A stretch of DNA of 45,253 nt from Vicinamibacterales bacterium (GCA_039934485.1 JBDTMB010000002.1:1-45253), one strand, 5' to 3'; shown: positions 1 through 9,288, counted from the first letter of the stretch. Made by a program: numbers and translations. The notes: generated by a model not told the origin, from the sequence alone.

Positions 1-141
1 GGTGCCATTGGAGCGATGATCGCGCCCATCGAGTTCGACTGGCAGAAACCCGTGGACACGCGCGCCAGGCAGATAGCGCGGACCCATGCCCGATCCTGCG
101 GCGACCCGAGCATACCCTTTACGGCCTGGGCCTCACGGTGA
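1..141 (+). CDS. Partial CDS, 3' end of an unidentified upstream gene
   Basis: Frame 1 is open from the window edge to TGA at 139-141. Third-position G/C bias resembles neighbouring genes. It ends 4 nt before ATG 146. No recognisable motif in the 46 codons. Confidence 0.35.
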   Translation, partial: GAIGAMIAPIEFDWQKPVDTRARQIARTHARSCGDPSIPFTAWASR

Positions 142-145
142 ATCG

Positions 146-1276
146 ATGACGCCCGCCGACAACCTGACCATCGTCCTCACCATCAAGGACCGCACGGCAT
201 TTACGTACCGATGGATGCAGTACATGAACGACTGCAAGTGCCCCTATCCCATCCTGATCGCCGATGGTGGCGAAGACGACGCCATCGCGGCGCATTTGGG
301 CGGGAGCGGCGCCTATCCGCATCTCCGCTACACCTATCTTCGGTACGACGTCGATCGGGACTACGAGGTCTTCTATCAGAAGTTCGCCGATGTGCTGGGC
401 CAGGTGGCAACGCCCTACCTGTTGCTGGCCGACAACGATGATTTCTTCTTCCTCGAACATATCCCGACGTTCACCGCCTTTCTTGACCACAATCAGGGCT
501 ACGTTTCCTGCGGTGGCCAGCCAATCCTCCTCTATCTCCTCTCGCGCAGCGGGGAATTGGTTGGCGCCGTCTCCGCTGGCCAGTATCGCGCGGTGGCCGA
601 TGTTCGCCCGAAGTCGGTGAGCGACGAGCAGGGCGTGGAGCGCGCGTGCTATTTCCTCACCAACGTCCGGCGTCATCGTCTCTGGTCGACGTGGTACCAA
701 GTCCATCGATCGTCGGCCGTGAAGGAGGCCATCGGCCTCGTTCGCCGGTATGCCTTCACGGATCCCGTGGCGCTCGAGATTCACGTCCACCTGTCGTTGC
801 TGATGGCCGGCAAGTATCACCAATGCGAGGCGCCGTTCTGGGTGGGACAGCATGGCACCTCACAACTCACGTCGGCCCTCGAGGCGCAGGGCAGCGTGGT
901 CGAGCGGTTCATCAAGGCCAACTCGTTTGCCGACCTGCATCGATCGCTGGAGACCTTCGCCGGCTTGTCGGTGGCCGACCGGGAAAGAATCCTCGGCGCC
1001 ATCGCTGGGTGGTTTGCCGGTTGCGCCGTGGCCCTGTCGCCGGTTCCGCCAATCCAAGCCGCACCCAGCGGCGGAGACGCGGTCGAGCGGGCGTATCGGG
1101 CTGCGAGACGGCTGGCGCGTCCGCTTGCCGCGATCTTTCGATCGCCGCCCCCGGCTCGCGAGCAGTTGAGGCTGCCGGCCCTCGAAAAATACATCCTTGA
1201 CCCTGCGGTAACCGAAGACGTCTCCGCGTCCACGACCGCGATTGCCGCACAGGAGGGGAGAGGGGTGAGTCGGTGA
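146..1276 (+). CDS. GT-A-like glycosyltransferase-domain protein (resembles the TIGR04440-type family of LPS/O-antigen loci)
   Basis: N-terminus is MTPADNLTIVLTIKDRTAFTYRWMQYM...ILIADGG. ATG 146 is preferred over ATG 86 of the ORF track for two reasons: the upstream frame stops at 139-141, and a paralogous relic at 11042 starts at the homologous codon. Confidence 0.65.
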   Translation: MTPADNLTIVLTIKDRTAFTYRWMQYMNDCKCPYPILIADGGEDDAIAAHLGGSGAYPHLRYTYLRYDVDRDYEVFYQKFADVLGQVATPYLLLADNDDFFFLEHIPTFTAFLDHNQGYVSCGGQPILLYLLSRSGELVGAVSAGQYRAVADVRPKSVSDEQGVERACYFLTNVRRHRLWSTWYQVHRSSAVKEAIGLVRRYAFTDPVALEIHVHLSLLMAGKYHQCEAPFWVGQHGTSQLTSALEAQGSVVERFIKANSFADLHRSLETFAGLSVADRERILGAIAGWFAGCAVALSPVPPIQAAPSGGDAVERAYRAARRLARPLAAIFRSPPPAREQLRLPALEKYILDPAVTEDVSASTTAIAAQEGRGVSR

Positions 1277-2394
1277 ACAGCCCAGGCTCAGGCCTCGTCT
1301 CGACCATCATCCCGGTCTACAACCGCGCGGGGCTGCTCGTCGAAGCCGTCTCGAGCGTGCTCGGCCAGACCCACCGCCCGATTGAAGTGATCGTCGTGGA
1401 CGATGGGTCCACCGACGACACGGCCACGGTCGCGACTGAGCTCGCGCTCCGCTATCCAGGCGTCGTCCGCTCCATCCGCCGTGCGAACGGGAACTGGGCC
1501 CGAGCTGTCAACGATGGCCTGAGGATCGCGACCGGCGAGTTCATTCAGATTCTCGACTCGGACGATCTCGTGATGCCGGAGAAGTTCGCGACGCAAGTCC
1601 ATGCGCTGCAAACGCATCCGGATTGCGGTCTGTCGTATTGCTATGCGCGCGAGTACGCGATCGGCGACCCGCCGCCGGCGCGGCCCGCCCGGCGAACGAG
1701 CGAAAGCTTCGAACAGCTCCTTCCCGGCCTGATGAGCGGGCGCATCTGGCCGGGTCCCTCGCCTTTGTATCGACGGGCCGTCTTCGATACCGCCGGACTA
1801 TTTCGCGAGCTCCTGACGTATCCGGATTGGGAGTTCGAGTGCCGCCTGGCTGCGGCCGGCGTTCGCGTGCATCACTGCCGGCTGTTTCTCGCCGACGTTC
1901 GCAACACCTCGCGGCTGGAAGGCCGGGGGCGAGGCGGCTCGCTTCAATCGATCCGGGACGGTGCCGAGGCCCACGCCCTGATTCTTGGTCATGCCCGACG
2001 CGCTGGCGTGGCGGCGCCGGCGCTCGATGTGTTTTCGCGCCGGCTGTTTGCCGTTGGACGGCAGTGCGCGGCTGCCGGCCTGGAGACCGAGGCGCGCCAG
2101 TGCCTCAGGCTTGGCCAGAGCGCCGTCGGCACGGCGTCGCGGCGCCGGCAGATGGCCCTGTTCAGTGCCGCCGCCGATCTTCTCGGCTGGCAGACCATCG
2201 GCCGCTGGTGTGAAGGCGCGCAGCACCGGCGTCGTCGGGCGGAGGCGCCGTGGCGACGGTTCGCCACGCGGTGGCACCACCGGGTGTCGGCAGGGTTCAC
2301 CGCCGTCATCGGTGAGCCGCTGATCAAATGGCCGCGGCTGCTGGCGCGTCTCTGGTCCAACCGGTCATCCCGCCAGCATCTCAACTCGTGGTGA
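1273..2394 (+). CDS. Glycosyltransferase family 2
   Basis: VSTIIPVYNRAGLLVEAVSSVLGQTHRPIEVIVVDDGSTDDT followed by ILDSDDL (DxD). GTG start forms a GTGA overlap with the upstream stop. Full-length paralog at 18542-19705. Confidence 0.9.
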   Translation: MNSPGSGLVSTIIPVYNRAGLLVEAVSSVLGQTHRPIEVIVVDDGSTDDTATVATELALRYPGVVRSIRRANGNWARAVNDGLRIATGEFIQILDSDDLVMPEKFATQVHALQTHPDCGLSYCYAREYAIGDPPPARPARRTSESFEQLLPGLMSGRIWPGPSPLYRRAVFDTAGLFRELLTYPDWEFECRLAAAGVRVHHCRLFLADVRNTSRLEGRGRGGSLQSIRDGAEAHALILGHARRAGVAAPALDVFSRRLFAVGRQCAAAGLETEARQCLRLGQSAVGTASRRRQMALFSAAADLLGWQTIGRWCEGAQHRRRRAEAPWRRFATRWHHRVSAGFTAVIGEPLIKWPRLLARLWSNRSSRQHLNSW

Positions 2395-4124
2395 CTCTTC
2401 GCGATCGCGTGATGACCGCCTTGCGCGCCGCCGGTGCTGGACGCGGCCTGCTCGGCGTCCGATACGTGGCTCGGCTCGTCATCCATCCGGGATTCAGGCG
2501 GCTGGAGTTGAAGCTGCTCCGGGATTACCTCAAGTGGCGGCGTCTTTATCGCGCCGCGCTGCAGCCGCCGCTCTACCCGCCCGGATCCACGAAGCGTGCA
2601 TTGATCGTCATCAAGGGCACGCTCAAAGGCGCACAAGTTGAGATTGGGCTGATCAAGGGTATCGAGCTGGGCGGCTTCGTGCCCGTCGTGCTCACGAACC
2701 GATCCGACCTCAAGAAACATTTCCGGCTTGCCGGCGTCCGCGACTTCATCCGGTGGGATCAGTTTCGCCAACCGGTGCCGCAAGCGGAGGCAGAGGCGAT
2801 TGTGGCGAAGGCCCACGGGATAGACGATTTGCTGAATCTCGAGCATGCGGGCGCGAGAGTGGGGAAGTTCGCGTTGTCGACCGCCTTTCGCACGTTGCGC
2901 GTGGGCCGGCTGGACTTCAGTCTCCCGCTGACCCGTCAGACCCTGGCGGCGCACCTGGCATCTGGAATGGCGCGGGCCGACGTCTCTCAACGGCTAATCG
3001 ACACGGTGAAGCCGGACCTTGCGCTCTTCATGGGCAACCGCTACACCGGACAGGGCGAACTGATGGACGTGTGTGTGGCGCGCGGCATCGATGTCCTGAC
3101 GTGGTTCGACGCGCACCGCAGCAGTTCGTTGATGCTCAAGCGGTACCGGCTGGAGAATCGCGATCAACACCACGGTTCGATTTCAGATGAAACCTGGGCG
3201 GGTCTTCGACGCCTGGCGTGGACCTCCGCACGGCAGGAGGAGTTGCGGCGCGAGCTGCACGACAATTACGCCGCCGGCGATTGGTACAGCCGCGGCGGAA
3301 CTCAGGTGAACAAGTCGATCGTCGGGACCGAGGCGCTGCGGCGTCGTCTCGGCCTCGATCCGCTCAAGAAGACCGGGGTGATCTTCCCGCATATCGTGTG
3401 GGACGCGACGCTGTTTTGGGGCACCGACCTGTTCAACAACTACGAAGATTGGCTGGTTGAGACGGTGCGCTCGGCCTGCACGAATTCCCGGGTCAACTGG
3501 ATCATCAAGATCCATCCCGCGCATGTTTCAAAGAACGCCGCCGAGGGTTACGACGACGAACCAGCTGAAATCGTGGCACTTCGCCGGCGCGTGGGCCCGT
3601 TGCCGCCGCACGTGAAGGTGATCCCCCCCGACACCGACATCAACACCTTCTCGTTGTTTGGACTGATGGACTACTGTCTGACCGTCCGCGGCACGATCGG
3701 CATCGAAGCGGCGTGCCTCGGCCGGCGCGTCTTGACGGCAGGCACCGGCCGCTACGACCACCACGGCTTCACGACTGATTCTGACTCCCGCGAAGAGTAC
3801 CTGGCGCGGGTTGCCGCGATTGAAACGTTGCCGCCCTTGTCACCGGTTGAACGCGAGCTGGCCGAACGGTTTGCTTACGGCGCCTTGGTACTTCGCCCGC
3901 TCCCTCTCACCACCTTGACGATCGAACACGCACGCAACCTCGAGGCGACGATGACGGTTCGCGTCAATGCGCGCAGCTCCGCGGCATTGCGGCAGGCGCC
4001 CGACATGGTGGCGCTCGGTGACTGGGCCGCCGACGGCCGCCAGGAAGATTTCCTGTGGTCGGCGCCGCTCCACAGCACTTTCAATCTGGCGCGTGCCGGC
4101 ACGACCACGGTGTTTCCTTTGTGA
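2391..4124 (+). CDS. Capsule polysaccharide biosynthesis-like protein (PF05159 / KpsC-KpsS-like fold, tentative)
   Basis: Long ORF with IFPHIVWDATLFWG, WIIKIHPAH and TVRGTIGIEAACLGRRVLTAGTGRYDHHGF, which resemble KpsS/KpsC-type motifs. GTG 2391 overlaps the upstream TGA; ATG 2412 is an alternative start. Distant paralog at 21001-22644 and a relic at 20683-20998. Confidence 0.65.
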   Translation: MTLRDRVMTALRAAGAGRGLLGVRYVARLVIHPGFRRLELKLLRDYLKWRRLYRAALQPPLYPPGSTKRALIVIKGTLKGAQVEIGLIKGIELGGFVPVVLTNRSDLKKHFRLAGVRDFIRWDQFRQPVPQAEAEAIVAKAHGIDDLLNLEHAGARVGKFALSTAFRTLRVGRLDFSLPLTRQTLAAHLASGMARADVSQRLIDTVKPDLALFMGNRYTGQGELMDVCVARGIDVLTWFDAHRSSSLMLKRYRLENRDQHHGSISDETWAGLRRLAWTSARQEELRRELHDNYAAGDWYSRGGTQVNKSIVGTEALRRRLGLDPLKKTGVIFPHIVWDATLFWGTDLFNNYEDWLVETVRSACTNSRVNWIIKIHPAHVSKNAAEGYDDEPAEIVALRRRVGPLPPHVKVIPPDTDINTFSLFGLMDYCLTVRGTIGIEAACLGRRVLTAGTGRYDHHGFTTDSDSREEYLARVAAIETLPPLSPVERELAERFAYGALVLRPLPLTTLTIEHARNLEATMTVRVNARSSAALRQAPDMVALGDWAADGRQEDFLWSAPLHSTFNLARAGTTTVFPL

Positions 4125-4196
4125 AGGTTACGCCGATGTCGCACGACCCCAATATGCGGTGTCGGAGACTCTGCATGCTACTATCTGGTCCATCTT

Positions 4197-4484
4197 ATGT
4201 CTTCCCCTGATGCGTCACACGACCGTTACTTTGGTTTGTTTTCCCGCCAGCACGACGCCAACGGACGGCCGCAGCTCGTCCGGCAGCCAGACAGGCCGTC
4301 GACGGTGCCCGACCCGGGAACAGGGCGGCCCCTGAAGGTGGCGACACTCGAAGATCTGGCCAACGCCATTTGCCCGAAGTGCACGGCGAAGTCCGAGGGC
4401 GGATTTGTGTCGTTCGTCGGGGACCTGCGGCTCGCCTACGCCTGTCCGACGTGCGAGCAGCTGGTGTGGCTGCCCGGCGCCTAG
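4197..4484 (+). CDS. Small hypothetical protein with C-terminal CxxC...CxxC zinc-ribbon
   Basis: 95-aa ORF in an otherwise gene-free gap. C-terminus is CPKCTAKSEGGFVSFVGDLRLAYACPTCEQ. No obvious SD. The 5' flank has lower GC. Confidence 0.45.
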   Translation: MSSPDASHDRYFGLFSRQHDANGRPQLVRQPDRPSTVPDPGTGRPLKVATLEDLANAICPKCTAKSEGGFVSFVGDLRLAYACPTCEQLVWLPGA

Positions 4485-4503
4485 CGAGTCTGCGTCATCT
4501 GCG

Positions 4504-5706
4504 TTATTCGCGGCCGAGCGCGCCCGACTCCGTGCACATTTGCTTCGCGGTCAGGTCGGCGCCGATCCGGTTGCCAACCTCGTTCCAGTGGCCCTCACCA
4601 AATGGCACCTCGCGCGTCTTGCCGCCGTTCAGGTAGGTGCCGTGTGCCGCCGTATATTCTGAAAGCGGCTCGGCGAGACTGACCACCGGAATGCCGTGCG
4701 CTTTCGCGAGTGCGGCAATGCGGCGATCGGGGTAGAACAACGAGTCCACGCCAAGACGGTCCTGGAACGCCCTTCGCTTGGCGAGGTCCGGATCGATCTG
4801 GATCGTGTTCGACAGCGTGACGATCCAGAACTCGGCGCCGTTGGCCCGCACTTCTTCGGAAAATTTCAGGAGCAGCGCCTCCGTCACCTTCCAGGCCTCA
4901 CGCATCTCCGAATCAACCGGCGGGCGATAGATGGCGGTGTCGAGAACCTCCGGGCCAACATCGATGGTCCGTTCTCCCTCCCGTCCATCCAGGTATTCGT
5001 GGATTCTGCCGTTGGTCGAGTTCAACAGCCAGATCGTGCGCGAGTGCGTCGTCAGATATTCGAAGAGCCGCCGCCGCAGTGGCCACTTCGATGGCGCCGG
5101 CAGTTGCGTGCGAAATGAGTTATCGAGGACCAGCTCATCACCCTGGAACACGTAACGGGGCGCCGGCTCGGTACTGAGGGCCGCGTGATTGTCGTAGATG
5201 TCGTTTTGCGTGAAGACCGCGAGCACGACGATGTTGGGAGAGTACCGGCTGGCGCGGTACCGGTAGGTCAGCAGTTCCTGGGTGGTGCCGTAGCCGAGAA
5301 CGCCGAAGTTGAGGACTTCAACCTGGCGATCGGACCTGGCCGCGCAGGGCGCGAGGCCTTGTTCCAGGAATGAGGAATACGTCTGTTCGAGCGGTACAAA
5401 GTAGCCGTGGATGAAGGAGTCGCCCATGACCGCCACCCGCAGCGTGTGGGGCGGCGGCGCGATCGATCGCTCGCGATCGCGGAACCCCTCGCTGTTGATT
5501 TGTACCCACAGGTTATTTTCGTCCGTGACCCACCCGCCGAACCCGGGACGAATCACCCAACCCAGGACGGGATCGGGAGCAATGAAATTGTCGATGAACA
5601 GCCAGCGCGCCGCGAGGCGCAGGCCCACCTCGGTCATCGCCAGGGCCAGGACCAGGCTGCCGGCAACGAGCCACAGCCGCGCCCGGCTAGTGCTCCGCGG
5701 CCGCAT
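4504..5706 (-). CDS. Membrane-anchored SGNH/GDSL-like hydrolase
   Basis: N-terminal hydrophobic anchor RLWLVAGSLVLALAM. Block I-like VAVMGDSFIHG, then GYGTTQE and FTQNDIYDN. Overlaps the 3' end of the Dam gene by 20 nt. Confidence 0.75.
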   Translation of the reverse strand: MRPRSTSRARLWLVAGSLVLALAMTEVGLRLAARWLFIDNFIAPDPVLGWVIRPGFGGWVTDENNLWVQINSEGFRDRERSIAPPPHTLRVAVMGDSFIHGYFVPLEQTYSSFLEQGLAPCAARSDRQVEVLNFGVLGYGTTQELLTYRYRASRYSPNIVVLAVFTQNDIYDNHAALSTEPAPRYVFQGDELVLDNSFRTQLPAPSKWPLRRRLFEYLTTHSRTIWLLNSTNGRIHEYLDGREGERTIDVGPEVLDTAIYRPPVDSEMREAWKVTEALLLKFSEEVRANGAEFWIVTLSNTIQIDPDLAKRRAFQDRLGVDSLFYPDRRIAALAKAHGIPVVSLAEPLSEYTAAHGTYLNGGKTREVPFGEGHWNEVGNRIGADLTAKQMCTESGALGRE

Positions 5707-6664
5707 CGGATTCGACCGCGGCGGGACCTTCGCCGAGCGGGCCCTTTTGCCGCGCGACGTTACTCACCACGAGCTCGTTCACGGTACCCCGCCGATCGGC
5801 CTTCGAATTGATCGCCCGCCGGGCCGGGATCCGCCAGGCCCGAAGGCCGGCGGCGCGCGCGGCCAGGTTGCGTTCGTAGAGTTGCGAGATACCCGGGGCG
5901 GTGGAGTTGCTCAACAGGACGTGCACGCCGCGCAGGGCGAGCGCCACCACCACGTGCTGCAGCCGCTGCTGGTCGGCCTCGCCAAACCCCCGCGACGTGT
6001 AGCCGCGGAAATTCGATGTCGGGCTCATCGGCGCGTACGGCGGATCGAAATACACGAAGTCACCGTCCTGCGCCGCGTCCAGCACATGATCGAAGGGCGC
6101 ATGCACGATGCGGAGGGTGGCCGCCTGCAGGATCTGCGACACCGCCTCGAGCAGCGGCCGATCGACGATGCGCGGGCGATCGTAACGGCCGGGCGGCACA
6201 TTGAATCCGCCCTGCGAGTTCAAGCGGAAGAGCCCGTTGTATCCCGTGCGATTCAGGTAGATCAGCATCGCCGCAAGTTCGGCCGGGTAGTCTGCGGCCG
6301 CGCCGCCGGCGCGAAACCACGCCGCCCGTTCGGGATTGGCGCGCTCGTCGCGGACGCGCTTGTAGAACTCCACACCGTCCGCCGCGTGGCCCACGGCGAG
6401 CTCGTCGAGCACCGGCAGCACGGCCTCGAGGCCATCTCGAAGGCGAAGGTAGCAGCCGATCAAGTCGGCGTTGTCGTCGCTCAAGGTGATGGCTTGGCCA
6501 TCCAGCCGTCGCCGCTTGATGAGGTCGAAGAACACCGCACCGCTGCCGAGAAACGGCTCGAAGTAGGCGCCGGGCGCGGCGGGGTAGTAGCGGCGCAATT
6601 CCGGCAACAACTGCCGCTTGCCGCCGGCCCACTTCAAAAACGGGCGCACGCCCGAACGTTCCAC
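5687..6664 (-). CDS. dam: Dam-family site-specific DNA N6-adenine methyltransferase (orphan)
   Basis: FLKWAGGKRQLLPEL, SAM-binding FEPFLGSGAVFF and catalytic VYFDPPYAP (DPPY), in the order typical of alpha-group Dam methylases. No endonuclease-like neighbour. Confidence 0.85.
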   Translation of the reverse strand: MERSGVRPFLKWAGGKRQLLPELRRYYPAAPGAYFEPFLGSGAVFFDLIKRRRLDGQAITLSDDNADLIGCYLRLRDGLEAVLPVLDELAVGHAADGVEFYKRVRDERANPERAAWFRAGGAAADYPAELAAMLIYLNRTGYNGLFRLNSQGGFNVPPGRYDRPRIVDRPLLEAVSQILQAATLRIVHAPFDHVLDAAQDGDFVYFDPPYAPMSPTSNFRGYTSRGFGEADQQRLQHVVVALALRGVHVLLSNSTAPGISQLYERNLAARAAGLRAWRIPARRAINSKADRRGTVNELVVSNVARQKGPLGEGPAAVESDAAAEH

Positions 6665-6673
6665 GACGACATT

Positions 6674-8221
6674 CTAGTGGACGCCGCCGGGACCGTGCAC
6701 GACTTCATCCTCACACACGACAAAACGGAAGCCGCTGGCTTCGATCCGATCGGGCGCGCGGCCCGACCAGCCATCACTGATCCAACCGCGGATTCGACTG
6801 AGGGCCACCAGGTTCGCCATGATCACGGCGGTCACGAGGAGGGCGAGCGCCCAGCCCCGCCAGGATGAGGCGGGTTGGCACCGCCGATACCCATCGACGA
6901 ATGCGGCGAGCAGGAGGACCTGCAGCGGCCAGATCCCGAGCATGCGGTTGAGGTCGACGGTTAGCAACACGAGAATGGTCGCCGGAACGAGGAAGGCGAT
7001 CACCAGCACGCGCGCGTCGCGATCGCGGCGCCACGATCGCCGGAACCCGGCCGCGATCGGCTCGAACCGGCCGTCGAGCGCCAGCCACAACACGGCGAGC
7101 ACGATCAACCAGACATAGAAGTGTCGCGCGCCCAGCAGGACGTCCGACAATCCGCTCGCCGGCGGCGCGATCCACCTGAGCGCAAACTCCGAGACGACAA
7201 TCGCGATCGCGACGAGCGTCGCCGCGCCCACGGCCGGCGATCCCAGGGCCGGCGAGGGCGCCTCCCGCCGCGGCCGTCCGCGGAAAGCGCCCGCCGTCAG
7301 CAGCGCACCACCGAGCAGCGCCAGCAGGATGAACTCGCCGCCGAGCACCCTCGACTCCAGGTTCCAGACGATCAAGTCCGCCATCGCGGGCACGCGGGCC
7401 ACCATCGCTCGCGGGGCCCACGGCGTGGTTTCGACCACAAATTGCGGATTCGGCTCGGGCGCATCGCCACACCATTCCACCTGCTCGACGCTATGCCGCT
7501 CCAGGTGGCGCAACAACAATTGCGACTGCAGATCCATGAATCCCCGATCCCGCTCGAAGGCGAGATAGGGAGACCACATCACGAGCGCGACGGCGGCCGC
7601 AGCGCCGAGGGCCCACCAGTTCACCGGCGGCCGGTAACGCCACCAGAGGACCGGCAGCACGAGCAGCAGCGGCGCCATCTCCATGTGGACGTACATGCCG
7701 GTGGCCCACAGCAGGCACGCCGCCGCGAGCCAGCCGCCCCGGCGGGCGTCAACCCATCGGGCGGCGCAGTAGACCATCCACGTGCAGAAGAACGGGTGCC
7801 CTCGCGGCAAGAGGTTGCCGGCCAGGTCGAGAGGAACGGCTGAAAAAGCGTAGAGAAGGGTCGCGAACAGCGCGACGCTCGTGCCGAAGTAATAGCGGCC
7901 AAGCGCGAACACGCCGGCCAGGGTGCCGAGATAGAGCGCGGTGCTGCCCGCCAACGCCACGAGGCGGGGATCCGAGAACATCAGGACGCCGGGAACGGCA
8001 AGCCAGGATGTACCAGGCGGACGAAAAGAATTGTTGTCGGTGAGGGTACCGCGCTGCGGAATATGGCCGCGATCAACCAGTGCCACCGCACGGACGATGG
8101 CGCCGACGACGTCCGAGTCGGGACCGCGCGCTTGCCACCCCTGTAACGCCACGACCAGTCCCGACAATCCGATCAAGACGACGCCGATCGCGGCAAGTCG
8201 GCTCGTGCGCAACGACTCCAC
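6674..8221 (-). CDS. Polytopic membrane protein, GT-C superfamily-like (ArnT/PMT_2-like) glycosyltransferase
   Basis: 515 aa with many hydrophobic segments along the whole length. General resemblance to lipid-carrier-dependent glycosyltransferases. GTG start. 9-nt gap to the Dam gene. Confidence 0.55.
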   Translation of the reverse strand: MESLRTSRLAAIGVVLIGLSGLVVALQGWQARGPDSDVVGAIVRAVALVDRGHIPQRGTLTDNNSFRPPGTSWLAVPGVLMFSDPRLVALAGSTALYLGTLAGVFALGRYYFGTSVALFATLLYAFSAVPLDLAGNLLPRGHPFFCTWMVYCAARWVDARRGGWLAAACLLWATGMYVHMEMAPLLLVLPVLWWRYRPPVNWWALGAAAAVALVMWSPYLAFERDRGFMDLQSQLLLRHLERHSVEQVEWCGDAPEPNPQFVVETTPWAPRAMVARVPAMADLIVWNLESRVLGGEFILLALLGGALLTAGAFRGRPRREAPSPALGSPAVGAATLVAIAIVVSEFALRWIAPPASGLSDVLLGARHFYVWLIVLAVLWLALDGRFEPIAAGFRRSWRRDRDARVLVIAFLVPATILVLLTVDLNRMLGIWPLQVLLLAAFVDGYRRCQPASSWRGWALALLVTAVIMANLVALSRIRGWISDGWSGRAPDRIEASGFRFVVCEDEVVHGPGGVH

Positions 8222-8239
8222 CGTCGCATTCTAGTGCGA

Positions 8240-8719
8240 TTAGATGGAAGGGTCGGCTTCCGCCCACCACCAGAGTCCAAGCGCCATGGTCAGCAGCGCC
8301 GCGCCCATGACGATGGTCTGCAATTGGCTGGAGATGCGGTTGAGGACGGTCGCCGATGTCGCCGCCATGACCGCGGTGAAGTCGAGGTTGATGGCCAGCA
8401 AACCCGACGTCCAGGCGAGCCCGACGCCGCCGCCGACAATCAGCATCACGCCTGCCGCCATCGCGAGGTTGAAGGTGATGTCGATCGCCTGTTCGGATTG
8501 CCAGCGCTCGCGGATGACGCGCGCCATCACCGCGGCGGTAAACGCTGCCGGCGGCTGGGCCGCTTCGCGAGAGACGAGCAGCGAGTGGATCGCGGCCGCG
8601 TTGGCGAGCCGCGCCTGGCAAACCGCGCACGAGGCGAGGTGGGCGTCGCGCGCCGGGTCGGCGCCGAGGCTTCCATCGGCGAGCTCTTCAACAATCGGCT
8701 CGATGTCTTCGCAACGCAC
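8240..8719 (-). CDS. Anti-sigma factor with zf-HC2 (ZAS) motif, membrane-spanning
   Basis: N-terminal AHLASCAVCQ (H-x3-C-x2-C) followed by hydrophobic helices. GTG start lies 1 nt after the sigma-factor stop. Confidence 0.8.
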   Translation of the reverse strand: MRCEDIEPIVEELADGSLGADPARDAHLASCAVCQARLANAAAIHSLLVSREAAQPPAAFTAAVMARVIRERWQSEQAIDITFNLAMAAGVMLIVGGGVGLAWTSGLLAINLDFTAVMAATSATVLNRISSQLQTIVMGAALLTMALGLWWWAEADPSI

Positions 8720-8720
8720 G

Positions 8721-9272
8721 TCAGCGAAACTCCGTTTCGAGCAACCGGCGCAGTTGCCGCTTCGCGCGGTGCAAGTGCGTCTTGACGGTGCCCATCGGCA
8801 GGTTCAGCGCCTCGGCGAGATCTTCGTAGCGCAGGCCCTTGAGGTAATGCCCGTTGACCAGCACCTGGTAGGGCACCGGCAGCTGCTGGATTGCCTTGTC
8901 TAGCCGGTCTCGCAGCATCATCGCTCCAAACGCCGGGTCCGCCCCGCACGGCTCGAACCGCGGCCGGTCTCCGCCGGGCGCCGTGTCATCGAGAGAAACC
9001 GTCGCCAGGTCCGGACGCTGCTGCGACAGCAGGTTGATCGTGATCCGGTAGATCCAGGTCGACAGCTTCGACTCGCCGCGAAAGTAGGGCAGCCCCCGGT
9101 GCAGCCGCAGGAACACTTCCTGCGACAGATCCTCGGCGCGGCTCCGATCCGGCACGCTGCGGCTGATGAGCGCGAAGACCAGTCCCTTGAACTGGTCCAC
9201 CAGCTCGCGGAACGCGGCTTCGTCGCCCTTCCGGCACCGCTCGATTAGCTCGTGCTCGGGGCTTCCGCTCAT
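8721..9272 (-). CDS. ECF-type RNA polymerase sigma-70 family factor
   Basis: Region 2 reads AFRELVDQFKGLVFALISRSV...DLSQEVFLRLHRGLPYFRGESKLSTWIYRITINL. Region 4 reads LRYEDLAEALNLPMGTVKTHLHRAKRQLR. Confidence 0.92.
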   Translation of the reverse strand: MSGSPEHELIERCRKGDEAAFRELVDQFKGLVFALISRSVPDRSRAEDLSQEVFLRLHRGLPYFRGESKLSTWIYRITINLLSQQRPDLATVSLDDTAPGGDRPRFEPCGADPAFGAMMLRDRLDKAIQQLPVPYQVLVNGHYLKGLRYEDLAEALNLPMGTVKTHLHRAKRQLRRLLETEFR

Positions 9273-9288
9273 TCGCCGTCAATGCAGA

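Noticed and set aside
5687-8221. Possibility that the Dam gene is part of a restriction-modification or other defence system.
   Set aside because: The adjacent ORFs are a polytopic membrane protein and an SGNH-type hydrolase. No PD-(D/E)xK, HNH, helicase or ATPase motifs were seen nearby. This needs HMM confirmation.
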